Below, one piece after another: positions 32,490 through 45,900 of a stretch of DNA of 64,000 bases. How positions within the stretch are numbered: the stretch's first letter is position 1; each line of letters opens with the position of its first letter. The position numbers were made by a program, and so were the translations under genes. Below the pieces are notes generated by a model, which searched no databases, had not been told where the DNA came from, and was given only the letters and a program-made list of their open reading frames with translations. Origin of the DNA: Tubulanus polymorphus (Eukaryota; Animalia; Nemertea); NCBI RefSeq assembly GCF_964204645.1, contig NC_134033.1, positions 13,214,655 to 13,278,654 on the forward strand, in the 5' to 3' direction.

Positions 32490-34231
32490 TTAAATCAGTT
32501 CATCTTGATCTGCGTACATGACGAACGAGGAGCTTCGTTTGTGGGCATCGGGTACTTGAAACATAGGACCGTGACCGGGAACGATAACGTCTGCCATTCT
32601 GAGGATTTCGATGCGATTCTGTAACTGGAGATCAGGGTTTGTGCTGCTAGACTGCCAGAGCTCTGGTTCTTCTAGATCTTCCTTTTTCTCGAATAAATCC
32701 CCTATAAAAACGTTCAGAGAAACTGTTACAACGTTAAAGCGTCAATTAACTCTGACTAGATGTGTGTAATGGTTACACAGTCACATATCTAGTCTAGAGT
32801 TTGAAGCATTGTTAATGATATTGATACTAGCAGAGTTATTCAAGGCTCAGATGGCTTATTGGTCTATTGGTTTTTTTTTAACACCCTCAACCCGCTAAGC
32901 GCCACACAGGGCATTATAAGCGGGTTCGAATTTTTCTTTTTCCCAATGGGGGAGAGACCAGAGAAGAACCTTCGACCAAGAAACTCTGTCGCCACCAGGG
33001 TTTGAACCCATAAACCCTGGATTGACGAGACCAGTGACAGGCTGCTTAAACCCACTCGGCCACTGCGCCTTTATTGGTATCACGTCGTTGTTTCCAGAAT
33101 GGGATTGTTCATCTCATCTGGTATTCAATTCAGCCTACGGAAGCTTTTATCGGACATTGGAAAGATTGAAAGACGACAATCTCATTACTCAAAGCCTCCT
33201 AATTGAAGGTCAACATGAAATACTCACCGGCGACAACAACCGTTCCTAGGTTGGTATCTTTGACAACTACGCTAACACAACTTTCCGTATGACCCGGGGT
33301 TGGAATCACTTGCACCAAATCATCATCGATTTCAAACGGAATATCCTGAAATCAGAATCAAATCGAAGAGCCATGGCATATGAACTGTATTGCGAATGCA
33401 GTGGCTTGCATAAAAACAATCCTTCGAACGATGCAATATTTTGCTTTACCTGGTGTCTAAAATCGTGCATCAGGTAGTTGTCGCCCTGGCATATATCATA
33501 GCCAACAATCTGCGTCGCTTTCTTAAACAAGTTCAAGTTACCGATATGATCGGAGTGACCGTGTGTTCCCACAACGTAGTGCATTTCGTCGGGTGTTAAC
33601 CCATGTTTTCTTAATCCTTTGAAAAACAACACGGAAATACACTCAAGCCCCGGGGGTGGTGGTATATCGGGGCTTGACTGTACTTCGAGTCCCGATTCCA
33701 CAGTTGTGAGTTAGAGTTAACTCTGAGTTGAAGTTAGTTCATTTTCAATGTTTAACTCCAGAGTCAAAGTCCAGTTCTACAGTTGTAAGTTAAGATTTAA
33801 CTCATTGAGAATGAACTGACTTTAACTCAGGGTCAACCCTAACTCACAACTGTGGAACTGGGACCAGAACTGTGGAACTGGTTTCAGAAAGACGAGATTT
33901 TAAAGATTTTGAATGATTTGAATCTCGATTGACTTAAAACAGCCGGAGACCGATACTACTCAATCGACATCAGATCATGCGGTTACCTTCAATGATTGAT
34001 TCTGTATCCCAAGGGCCTCCTGTATCAACGAGCACGTTGAACTTTCCGTAGACCAGGGTTACCGACCCACAAGCTCTCATGGAACCTATTCAAAGAAAAA
34101 GTTGCATATAGTACGCTTTTGTTTTCTGGTTTGACCTAAACGCTTAAAATCATCGGGTAATTATTCTTACCAGTCTCCGTCATAAATGAGTATCCCTCCT
34201 TAATAACTGATATCTTATAAGTGGATGACAT
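32490..34231 (-). CDS. MBLAC1: Metallo-beta-lactamase domain-containing protein 1, 5 coding exons
   Basis: MSSTYKISVIKEGYS / VLVDTGGPWD / VVGTHGHSDHIGNLNLF (HxHxDH) / IPTPGHT...VVVAGDLFE / ADVIVPGHGPMF, joined by GT-AG introns; TAA at 32490-32492. Confidence 0.9.
32870..33068 (-). mobile_element. tRNA-derived SINE in an MBLAC1 intron
   Basis: A box TGGCCGAGTGG, B box GGTTCAAACC, a ~120-bp non-tRNA body and an A-rich tail. The acceptor stem does not close as a tRNA. Confidence 0.75.
33690..33882. mobile_element. Nested pair of CCAGTTCCACAGTT-family MITEs
   Basis: An outer copy is interrupted near its 3' end by an oppositely oriented copy, leaving two consecutive AACTGTGGAACTGG ends. Confidence 0.65.
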
Positions 34232-34945
34232 CTTAGAACTATATTTGTCCTGTGGAATTTTCTACAAAATATATGTTGAGAGTTTAGTAGCGCGATTGGT
34301 TCCTATGTAATACAAGGCGGCCGGATGCAGGGTTATTTTCCTGCAGTTTACGGGTAATTAGTATTATATAGTTAATCAATAATAACAGCCCGGAACTTAA
34401 GTTAAAAGAGCCTGACCCGATTGCTGAATTCGAACATTCATTCATTATGGTTTTTGAAAATAGTGTACAGTATGTTTTTCTTAGTATTAGTTTACTTATT
34501 TTATATCAATTCACAGTCGTTCTTGTACTTGTTTAAGTCAATTTGATTCCCTTTTGGCCTTGAATTAGGCCTTATTGATCTTGCTTGGTGGACGGACAAA
34601 AAGTAAATCAAATCCAAGATTTTTAGTCATATATTGAAGCTACAAACTCAAGTGGTCGAACGATTGCTCAATGGGCTTAAAATAACTTTCAATTGAAAAG
34701 TGCCACAGCATTCGCTGATAAAATATAAACCTTACCTACACCAACCAATCAATTCAATACAATAATACTAGATATAGCACCTAATCTTACCCTAACCCTA
34801 TCTACCTAGGGGTTGAACGGTTAAATATCCACTTCGTTCAATCTACTCAACCCATGGCCCGCATGGGGTGAGGTGGGCATAATGTTTGTTTTCTTTAGCA
34901 CAGTATCTGGTATCGATACCAATAATGTCGGCGTAACGGTTTAAT

Positions 34946-35362
34946 TAGGCGCATTTAAGAAACTGAATCTTTGTAAATCGAGTTAAGTTTCACGTAAACG
35001 GCACGCATTAGTGAATCCGATTTGGTAAATCAACGCGTTTGTGGATGAAGTTTAGTAAATTGATTTATTAAATCAACTAACTTGCTCGGCGAGCAAGTTA
35101 GTGGCAATTCAGTCAGTGAAATCCAACATGGCGTCCTCTTCGACCGCGGGCTTAAGACATCCATTGCAGATGATCATCTATCAATAAGCCGGTCACCATT
35201 GACGGCCATTTTCTTTCGAATTGCGACCTTTAATAAATTTATAAATTGATTTGACTCATTTACGAAAAACGATTCGATTTAGGGCCTACTAATCCTTTGG
35301 TTTTCCGACATCGAATCGCATTTAGCTAAACCGAATCAGATCCAATTTCGTAAAAGCGCCTA
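34946..35362. mobile_element. MITE with ~25-bp imperfect TIRs upstream of MBLAC1
   Basis: TAGGCGCATTTAAGAAACTGAATCT ... AGATCCAATTTCGTAAAAGCGCCTA; internal hairpin ACTAACTTGCTCG-G-CGAGCAAGTTAGT. Confidence 0.55.
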
Positions 35363-38300
35363 TTGACTGATCTAGGCCTCCCAATAATGTCCTCTCAAGC
35401 AGAGTTGAAATAGTACTAAGTTTTTTTTAGGCCTACTGAATAAATTGAATTGAAATAGATTGATCATTATTAGGATCTCCATCTAATTCTATGCACACAT
35501 CAAATCATTAAACACAGCTTGCTGATGTTGAAGCTTTAAACATCACACATCCTTCAATATTAGAAAAAAAATACTTCTATATCGGGAATGCTTAGATTTG
35601 TTGATTTACTGACATTGCAAAAAATACAGAATAATCATTCTGGGAATCGAACCTAAATATGCGGAAGTTATTGTCAACCAAAATTAAGTTAATTGATTCT
35701 AAAAAACCAGAAGTATTCGGCCGAAGTATTCATTCAACAAGGAAACCCGGTCCAACACTAGATTTATTATAGACAAATACCAAATTGGGTGGTTTGTGTA
35801 TCGGAAACTTGGGAAAGATCACAGGAACCAATTAACTTCGAATCTTGGAGTAGTGGACCCGTAAAAACTCTCTAGCTAAGGAAAGAAAAGTTTAAAAAAG
35901 GCCGCGGTGGACTTGGCAGGTACGATACAAACCTCGACCTCGTTATTACAAACTCGGATACAACGATTCATCGGATATTACAAATAAAGAATTTTGTCCC
36001 AAGTCAAGACAATTTGATTGATTTCAAACTAGATAAAACGAACTATCGATCTGGTTCCGTGAAATACGTAAGCCGGTTCCACTTAAGTCAAATTTCATAA
36101 CATCCGAAAGTAAAGACTTTAAATGTCATAAAGATCTGGAGACAGTACCTGTTGACATCACTGATTTACAAGTCAGTCTAAAGCCCAACGCACACGGCAC
36201 CGAAAAATCGTTTTTTCCTCGTGAACAATGACCAAAAAACAGTCTAAGACGAAAGACCACAGTCATCAAAAACCATCTTAATAAATAACAACCAGGGCTC
36301 ATAAACATATATCATTGAAACACAAATTGAAAGACATTTTATAGAGAATTGAACTAAGTTTTTGTTTGCACGAAATCGTTTCAACCCATTCTACGCTTTT
36401 ACGCCAATATACGTTGGATAGACTCCGCTAATACTTGCAGGAAATGTATGGGAATATTTCGTAACTTTCATGCATGATTATTTTTCAAAATAAACAGTGA
36501 AGGCTTTCTAATGAAACAACATATAGCACATACGATATCTAGTAGGGCTGGTATAATAGTGCGGGACTTAGTTTGTGTGTAACTTGAGCATGAATGGACT
36601 CAATTGAACTGGTGTATAGTGAATTCCCTGAGATAATACCCACCCACGATCATTCGACTGTGACCATGTGAAATCAGCACAAATAGCGTCAATGTATTAC
36701 GACATACGGCTTCTGAATGAAACATAATGTGATTCCATACCTTCGACCGCCAAATCTCCAATAATTTCCACCTAATTTTGCCAACCAACCTCCTTCTCCT
36801 TGCAGAATGAACTATATTTTCAGGGTCGTTTTGGTTTTTTAATGAGAAATAATGTAAAAACTCTCAATAGCTACTTTCAATATTATGGAAACTAATATTC
36901 ATACATTCAAAAACATGTTTTTTTATTACATGTATTTGCCTATCGCTCCCTCAAAGAATTTCAACCCAAGATTCTGATAAAATGGCACACTACCCTTGAT
37001 GTAGACTTCAGGTGCTCATTTGTATGGTACTGTTTGAGTTTGATATATGATTCTTGACGTGAACAAATCTACGCAGTGTCATTTGAACTTCTAGACATTC
37101 CCTGATATGTTATACATGTACTCCCTTATTCGACCAAAGGTCTAGCAATAGAAATTCGAAAATATTTGCCGTGATCTGCCCTCATGATGTGGAGCTTCAA
37201 GCCCAAGCTACTTCACGCATCGGTCTTAGTGGTTAAAAATAAAGTAATTTTGATATCCTGCCATCCTGCACTTTCGATATTTTCCTTTTCGATTTTATGT
37301 TGCTAATTCTTCCTTTCTCGTCAAGGCTTTTGCAGTAGGATATTTTAAGCCTACACAGCAGCCCACCTTCCTTTGCTTTACTTAATTTTCCATACTGGTA
37401 CGGTAACAATTAACTCCTGAGGAGAACCCAATTATTTCTAACATTTATTACCCAAAGATTGTTTCGTTGCTATTCCTCAGTGGACCAATGAGTTGTTGTT
37501 TGTGGAATCTGAATTTGAACATACTTTGTATTTTGAATTTTATAAACTATTAACTTTGACGTGGAGAAAGTTATTTTTAGTTAAAATAGAACAATCTTTA
37601 CTGTTCGGATCGTTATCATTTAGTTAAACTTCTCGCTCTACCGCTGACAATGGATCCAATAGGATTTATTGTCTTAGTAGGATACCAAGACACGAACGAC
37701 GTAAACTAAGCAAGATAAGTGTACGGTGGTCTACATGTACAATCCAGGCACCGGTGCAGTATATTTATTAATCAATTAGTTTATGTATTCGCCACAGTAT
37801 TTAGGGGCAGCACTAGACGATTGGGATTTGACAGAGCTGTGGCATGCGAGCAGGAATTCATCCGCGATCCTTTTTCTGACCCTCACAATTAGATATTAGT
37901 CAATAACCCTAGGTCTTCATCTAATTTGGTAACCCTCGTATTTAAAATAAACTATACAATATCGATCAAAACGGGTTTTCAACTGACGTGGACTGAAAAT
38001 CAAATCCGATCAATAAAATATCTACATTTATGTTTGCATTTGATACTGTAGATTGTGGAATTTCTCCACAATCGTTCAAACGAGTACTAGTCTTTGACAC
38101 GATCAGATGGCGTTCTCTCGAGCTCTTCAGCTTTTGCTGTGTTTCCTGGCGGTTTTATGGCGCGGTGTTTTTCGGAGTGGTGGCGTGGCGCCGGTGGATG
38201 GAGTTATGTGTGCGGTGGATGGAGTTGTGTGCGCGGTGTGTGCAAGAGGAGTGAATGGAGTTTACATGTGTCGTATGAATGTGTGGTATATTTTATATCT

Positions 38301-38395
38301 TATTTTTTTCATTATTTTTCTATATTATTTTTGTTTTTTCATATTTTTTTTTCTTTCATTTCATTCGTCCCTCGCCCCCGCCCTCTCAATCTCAG

Positions 38396-38975
38396 GGTTT
38401 CAACTGGTAGCGACAGAGTTGGAGTTCTCTAATGTGGCCTCGTCCCAGCTATTGGCAGAGTGCTGATGATGCGGATGTTACTACGGGGACCTGCGATCAG
38501 AATAAGATGGGGGCGGTAGCAATCTTCGACTAAGGGGGCTGTTGAATCTTTAAGTCCCCAGTTCTAGTCTGAATCTGCTGGTTCATTGCCTAAGGCTACC
38601 CATTGGGTTCCCCGTTCACCCAGTTGGCTTCTGCCATCTGGATGACGGTTGTCTTAGGTGGTGTGCTCAATTGGGTCCCCAGTTTGGTCCATTCTAGTCT
38701 GAATTGACTGGTTTCATCGCCTTAGGCTACCCATTGGCATCTTGCTGATTGGGTTCCCCGTTCACCCAGTTTTTCTCCCTCATCTGGGTGCCGGTTGTCT
38801 TTTGGTGGTGATGCTTGAAGATTGGATATCCCCCAAGCCGAAGATGTTTGTCGCTTCCCGTCTTACTCTGATTGCGGGTCCTCCGTAGTAACACCTGTGT
38901 CATCAGCACCCCATCACTAGCTGGGACGCGGCCTCGTTTGAGAACTCCTACTCTGCCGCTGCCAGTTGAAACCAC
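38396..38975. pseudogene. Rearranged C-type-lectin-like relic (inverted plus tandem duplication)
   Basis: 38396-38555 and 38810-38975 are diverged inverted copies. Between them lie two direct repeats that each encode NWVNGEPN on the minus strand. Frameshifted HRCYY, SKT(G)SD and GGY motifs are present. Confidence 0.4.
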
Positions 38976-40149
38976 GAGAACTCGGACTTTGCTGTTATCA
39001 GCCAGAAGTTCTGTGCTGACTTCTTTCTCTTTCTCAGGTTAGATCAAATATGATGTAAAGCCGAAAAACTATGTATTACCAGCGTCTATATGGTTGTACT
39101 TCATTTAAAGCCGTGAAACTCTGGAAAATTGATTTTTCATCCAAGGTTCTCTCCTCTTCCATCAAAATCTTTCCCAGTTTTTCTTGTCGCAGCAGATGAT
39201 AACATCTATAATTGTATTCGTGAACTCTGTAATCTCGAACATCTTTTGTGTACTTCAAATACATTGTAAACTCTGTAGCTTGTATTTCTGATTCAGACCC
39301 CCCATCCTGGCCTTTCATCTTTCTTGTCATCCACTATCAAAGTTAGATATAGTTGCAAATTTTGTCTTGTTAATTAATAATTATGTACTATTTAATTTCA
39401 GCTTATTACTTGGGGCAATAGTGGTATATCAGGGGTTGATTTTTACTAATTCCAAAATACAGGTGTTTGATTATCAGAAAAAAGCCTGGCATTAGGAGGG
39501 GCTAGTGGTATTTTGGTGTTAATTTCTTACTAGCTCTTAGGCAAAAAATACAGACATTCCGTTCTCAAAAGACCATGGTACATGGTTTGGCTGTATATGT
39601 ACCTAACTAACCCTGACACGAACGGAGCTGGCACAATAATAGTTAATACTACTAATGATAGGGATATTTATCAGATAATAGAAACTTTCTCAAACCGCAG
39701 TGGTCAGTCTATGTCTGACAAACATCTTGACTTAATATATAATATGCTCTCTTTCCCTTGTCATTTCAAAAGCCAGAAGTCAAACTCTGACAGTGAGAAG
39801 TCTGGTGATAGCACCATACAGAATGCGACTCCGGGACTGAATCCGATGGCACCCTTGGAAGTTCCAATAACATCTGAAGACTGTGTGGAAGACACGAAAT
39901 TTGGATCTGCCACCACGAATAAACTAAGTAAGATGAACAGATCCACTATGTAAGTTATAATATTAACCGATGCTTCTTTAGGTCGGATCTCCAAGTTCAA
40001 CCGGCAACAAATGAAGCGTGACCCAACCAAGTCACAACTCTTGTATTTCGGTGGTCAATCTCATGAAACAAGACATTATTAGCAATTATTCAATATCTTT
40101 TAATATTTGGTAAGAAATTCTTCTGGTGTAGCTATTTCAGGGCCCTATA

Positions 40150-42150
40150 TACATTCTAGAAACTGTGATTTGGTCTCATCGCTTTGACAAATCTAGAATA
40201 AACAAAAGCTTTAATTGATTCGAATCATTCCCGTAAGCTGTATTCTGTGTCTTGTTTTGGGTGACGCATAATAATTATAGTTAAACTGACAATTAGCTAT
40301 ATAGCTAGGACAAATGGTTAAGATATCCGCAATTAAGATGAATATTTTATGTGAGATTAAAAACTGTTTATATTTAATACAGGACCATATTATGAATATC
40401 GTTAAACTGACAACTGAAATAGAGCTGATATGTATATGTGAGCACATCTATAAGTGAATCAGTCTCAACGACTGATCTATCAGTATTTGCATCTTCAACT
40501 GCCATGCTTACGACAACTGGCCATGTTCTTCAATATTGCCAAAATTTACCAAAACCTAACTGATTCAATTAATATCTAAAAGCCATACTGTGTGTCATGT
40601 GGCGCATGATAAATATTGTTTAACTGACAATTAGAATATAGCTAAGATGAATTACTCATTAACGTATTACTTAGATATCTACAATTTAGGTAAATTCAAT
40701 TGTTATGTGAAATTATTTTTAATTCAAGTCCATGGACATTTAAAATGTAGCTGATACATGTATATCTGAGCACATTTATTTATCTGTATCTAAGTGAACC
40801 TATTGTGTCTTCATACAGCTGTATTAGTTTTGATACATATTGCCAAAATCATTGAACGCAGATTTACTTCCGATCAGAGGGAGATAAAACAAATCTGTAC
40901 ATGCACAAATACATTCCTGAATTTGGAAGGAGGGATATTTTAGTTTCACTGTGTATGTCAGATTGAGAGCCTTATTCTGACAGGATATCCTAAACTTAGG
41001 TCTTATTCCTCATGCTTATAGCTCTCTTTTATTAACACCTCTCCTTCAAACTATATTCCAGCATCATGTCTTGCACCGCACCAGGGAGGTCCGGTCATAA
41101 CAAGGTGTTTCGGTCCTTATACACAGTGTACTATAAAAGGGAAATAAAGATTATATAGCGATTCGGGTATGGGAATTTCTAATTTACTACTAAAATGTGA
41201 TTTTATCTTAAGTTCTGATGAATTCAAATATTGATGAATTCACCACATCTGAAATTCTACTCGTGTAGATTTTCAGGCTCCATATTAATATTGTTCAACT
41301 GACAATTAAAATGCAGCTAGTATGATTATTAATTATTGGATCACTTAGATATCTAGAAGATTATTAAAAATCAATTCAATATAATGAATATAAGTGAAAA
41401 TTATTTTTTAAAATGGCGCAGTGGATGAGGTGACTATATCGTGCAATGTTGTCTGCGTCTAACTGGGCCACATGTGGTGGGATCTGTTGAATCAGTTAGG
41501 TTTTGGGGAATTCTGGATTCGTCAATCTAGAGATCAAAAGCTCTGATGCAAAATTAGCAGTTTGAAATAGTGATCAATCCAAATTTGTACCGGATCTGAA
41601 ATTCTTTTTGTGTAGAATTTCGAAGCCCCATATAGAATATTGTCAGAGATAATTTTAATTTTAGCTAGGACATTAGTTGATTGATTAGGTATCTAAGATG
41701 AAGATTAATTCAGCATCTTCATATAAGGTAAAAGTGCTCAAATCTAAACCGTAGAGGTTGATAAGACAATTGTATAATTTCATATTGGTTGATATCTAAA
41801 GAATAGGGTGTGTCTTGTGCGAGGTATTTATTGAATCGTTAAGGCTTTGCAGAATTCTGGATTTGTCAAGGTGTGGGAATGATTCAAGGTTTCTTAAACC
41901 TGTAGAACCATGTTGTTTGTGGGACCAGTGTGCTCAATGCTGGCAGCACACTCTTTAGTTGTATTATCAGGATTATCAGATCATTGTATATATTAGGAGC
42001 AATATTTAGAATTACTGAAATGGATTAGAATATCATTCACTGGGTACGGATGTCACCATCTATGGTTAGAAAACATCTCTTAAATTAATTAATTGATGAT
42101 GAAGTTAATTTGATAATATGAATATGGTTTAGCTGACAATAAAAATGTAT
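40150..42150. repeat. Old, degenerate ~340-350-bp tandem repeat
   Basis: AACTGACAATTA...AGCTA-like at 40284, 40622, 41297, ~41645 and ~42132; TCTGAAATTCT...TGTAGA at 41248 and 41595; GAATTCTGGATT.GTCAA at ~41508 and ~41852. Confidence 0.5.
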
Positions 42151-42371
42151 ATAGCCCAATATTACTAGCAGGTTCGCACCATTTTAAGGGCCTGGGTTTA
42201 AATAAAAGCCATTGGGTGTTTAGCACCCAAGAAGGAAAAACATCAAAAATTTCCGAAGACAATCAGTGATATTCAAAAGGATTTTCTGCTCAAAAGATTC
42301 TGCTCTTTTCTTCAGCTAAATTACTACATGTATACTTATCCACTAGTCATAAAAAGTACAAAATGATCTTC

Positions 42372-43844
42372 AACCTTGTAATATAGATATCCAAAATCTC
42401 GATTTAATAGAATAGGCAGAAAAAAAGTTTACCTTGTAATATAGATATCCAAAATCTATATGTATTAAAAAGGCAGAAAAAAGTTAACCTGGTAATATAG
42501 ATATCCAAAATCTCAAAGTAATGAACTAGGCAGAAAAAAACCTTGTAATATAGATATCCAAAATCTCGATGTAATAAAATAGGCAGAAAAAAACCTTGTA
42601 ATATAGATATCCAAAATCTCAATTTACTAAAGTAGGCAGAAAATAAAGTTAACCTTGTAATATAGATATCTAAAATCTGGATGTAATAGAATAAGCAGAA
42701 AAAAAATAAACCTTGTAATATAGTTATCCAAAATCTCGATGTAATAAAATAGGCAGAAAAAAAAATAAACCTTGTAATATAGATTTCCAAAATCTCGATG
42801 TAATAAGATAGACAGAAAAAAAGTTAACCTTGTAATATAGATATCCAAAATCTAGATGTAATAAAATAGGCAAGAAAAAGAATAAACCTTGTAATATAGA
42901 TATCCAAAATCTCGATGTAATAAAATAGGCAGAAAAAAAAATTAACCTTGTAATATAGATATCCAAAATCTAGATGTAATAAAATAGGCAAGAAAAAGAA
43001 TAAACCTTGTAATATAGATATCCAAAATCTCGATGTAATAGAATAGGCAGAAAAAAAATAAACCTTGTAATATAGATATCCAAAATCTCGATGTAATAGA
43101 ATAGGCAGAAAAAAAATAAACCTTGTAATATAGATATCCAAAATCTCGATGTAATAGAATAGGCAGGAAAAAAAAATTAACCTTGTAATATAGATATCCA
43201 AAATCTCGATGTAATAAAATAGGCAGAAAAAAAAATTAACCTTGTAATATAGATTTCCAAAATCTCGATGTAATAAAATAGACAGAAAAAAGTTAACCTT
43301 GTAATATAGATATCCAAAATCTAGTTGTAATAGAATAGGCAGAAAAAAAATAAACCTTGTAATATAGATATCCAAAATCTCGATGTAATAAAATAGGCAG
43401 AAAAAAAAATTAACCTTGTAATATAGATTTCCAAAATCTCGATGTAATGAAATAGACAGAAAAAAAGTGAACCTTGTAATATAGATATCCAAAATCTAGT
43501 TGTAATAGAATAGGCAGAAAAAAAAATAAACCTTGTAATATAGATATCCAAAATCTCGATGTAATAGAATAGGCAGAAAAAAAATTAACCTTGTAATATA
43601 GATATCCAAAATCTCAAATGTAATAAAATAGGCAAGAAAAAGAATGAACCTTGTAATATAGATATCCAAAATCTAGATGTATTAAAATAGGCAGAAAAAA
43701 AGTTAACCTTGTAATATAGATATCCAAAATCTCGATGTAATAAAATAGGCAAGAAAAAGAATAAACCTTGTAATATAGATATCCAAAATCTAGATGTATT
43801 AAAATAGGCAGAAAAAAAGTTAACCTTGTAATATAGATATCCAA
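42372..43844. repeat. Young ~58-bp tandem satellite, about 26 units
   Basis: Unit AACCTTGTAATATAGATATCCAAAATCTCGATGTAATAAAATAGGCAGAAAAAAAAT(T/A); variation is mostly in the A-run. Confidence 0.97.
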
Positions 43845-43857
43845 GCAGCAGCGGCGG

Positions 43858-43953
<96 letters not shown>
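43845..43953. repeat. (CAG)n microsatellite, 31 perfect units at 43861-43953
   Basis: Read directly. Source of the poly-L/C/A spurious ORFs. Confidence 0.97.
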
Positions 43954-43954
<1 letters not shown>

Positions 43955-44118
43955 GACAATGCGTATCTTTAAACACTTATTCAGGAGCAGCAGAGACAAT
44001 GCATATCTTATAAACACTTATTCAGGAGCAGCACAGACAATTTGTATCTTATAAACACTTATTCAGGAGCAGCGCCACGTATCTTATAAACACTTATTCA
44101 GGAGCAGCAAGGACAATA
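43951..44118. repeat. ~41-bp minisatellite, about 4 units
   Basis: CAGAGACAATGCATATCTTATAAACACTTATTCAGGAGCAG repeated. Confidence 0.9.
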
Positions 44119-44223
44119 AAATATGTAGAGTATGGATTGTTTTGCATATTACCTTTTTCAAACCTGTCTGATGGGTAACATGGGTTTACAAAATTATCTT
44201 AGATAATTAGGATATTAGGGCAG

Positions 44224-45900
44224 TTCTATCTTCCCACAATCCACAAAGAATGCGAGAAGTGGACGCTAACCGTCCACGTACCACCGGGGAGACCAATCGT
44301 CTCCGACTGCGGTTCCGAAATCTACGAAATTTCGGAATGGATCGACTACTTCTTGCAGCCAATCGCCCGGAGTCAGCGTACGTTGTACGTCAAAGCTTTT
44401 TGGATATTTTGGCCGATAAAAAATTTAGCGCTGATGCGTAACTCATCACCATGGATATGGATTCGCTATATACCAACATCCCCCACGAAGAGGGTATCAC
44501 CAGCATCCGACAAGCTCTCCGAGATAACCCGAACCCGGGACGCCTGGATGCCGAGCTGCAGAGACTACTCAAAATCAGCCTGAAGAAAAACAACTGCAAC
44601 GAAAATACATATCTACAGGTAAAAGGTACCGCAATAGGTAAGCGTTTTGCTCCTTCTTATGCAAATATCTTTGTAGCTAAATGGGAAAAAGAAGGTCTGT
44701 CCAGAAGCGAACTCCAACCAATGCTATAGTTCATGGATGATATCTACATGGTTTGGGAACACGGCCGCGAAACGTTGATGGAATTCATAGACGTCCTACA
44801 AACAGTAAGCTGATCCATCAAACTCGAATTCGAAATCAGCGAAACCAGCGTCAACTTCCTGGACGTGACCACTTTCAAAGGCCCGGGATTCGAGACAAGT
44901 GGTATAATAGACACCAAAGTCTACTTCAAACCAACCGATTCGCATCAATAACTCAATTACACATTTTCAGGTACCCAGGGTATAGTTAAAAGTCAAATTC
45001 TCCGTCCTGAAAGTACTCAGAGGTCGTGGCTACAAAGACCACGAACTGCGACACACCAAAAGCCAAGCTCTTCGGCACCACCCCTAACGAGATCGACGAG
45101 AACAACAACGGGCCAACGAACCCCCGAAAAGGCGTCTACAGCTTATCTTACCTCACTCCGGAGCCAACCGAACCCTAGCCCATAATATCCGAACCAGATT
45201 CACGGAACTGGCTACGGCCGCTCGGACAAGGGGTAACCACGGTCACTGCCTACACCAAGCACAAGAGTCTCCAAGGTCTCCTTGACCTAACGTTGTTGCA
45301 GCTCAAACCCACCCCCTCACCAAGCTCCCTCGTCCTTGCATCTTAATCGAAATACTTACGTTGTTTCCGATTCTTCTATTTCCAGGTCTACTCAAAGAAG
45401 TCCGTCAACCCGACGTCGAGGCACCAAGAGATGCAACACACCGAGATGTGGCACGTGTCCCCTCATCCGAGAAACAACCGTTTGCCGCAGTTACAACAAA
45501 ATGCACGCGATCCGCAACACAATTAATTCACCGACCATAGACTGCATCGAATGCAACATGCTGTACATCGGCCAAACCAGAATATCTCTACCAGAACGCG
45601 TCACACATCACGTCTCACGCATCAGAACGAAGAATTCGACTCCCAGTCTCGGACCACTTCAACCAGAGCAACCACACCCGCCAACACTTTTGGTTGTACA
45701 GTCTCCAACACCTACCAGGCTTGACCAGACCGAACCACGAAGCGGGCGAACAAGATTGGATATGACGCCTCCACACGAACACGCCCGAGGCATCAATGTC
45801 CCATAGACCGCCTTAATACAACAATTAATTTATACTTTTCTTTACATGGATAACCCGCTGCCCATGCACTAGTGGGGTCTCCAAACCTAACCCTATACTG
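44224..45900 (+). mobile_element. Decayed Penelope-like retroelement (RT + Cys linker + GIY-YIG endonuclease; Neptune-like), 5'-truncated
   Basis: Across frameshifts: FYLPTIHK, PPGRPIVSDCGS, DMDSLYTNIP, QVKGTAIGKRFAPSYANIF, FMDDI, VNFLDV, VYFKPTDSH, CNTPRCGTCP, CIECNMLYIGQT...R...H. Multiple stops. Confidence 0.9.

Noticed and set aside
32985-33068. Functional tRNA gene
   Set aside because: A and B boxes are present, but the acceptor and anticodon stems do not form properly, and a SINE-like body and A-tail follow.
36450-39330. Intact genes in ORFs 36600-36788 and 39076-39330
   Set aside because: Frequent stops and no coherent splice pattern. At most these are old LINE or pseudogene debris (a weak zf-RVT-like stretch at ~39200-39250) that I cannot support.
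42372-43844. CRISPR-like regular array and long ORFs over it
   Set aside because: There are no unique spacers, the whole unit repeats, the context is eukaryotic and no cas genes are present. The ORFs are translations of the satellite.
43585-44054. Poly-Leu/Cys/Ala proteins
   Set aside because: Artefacts of the (CAG)n tract.
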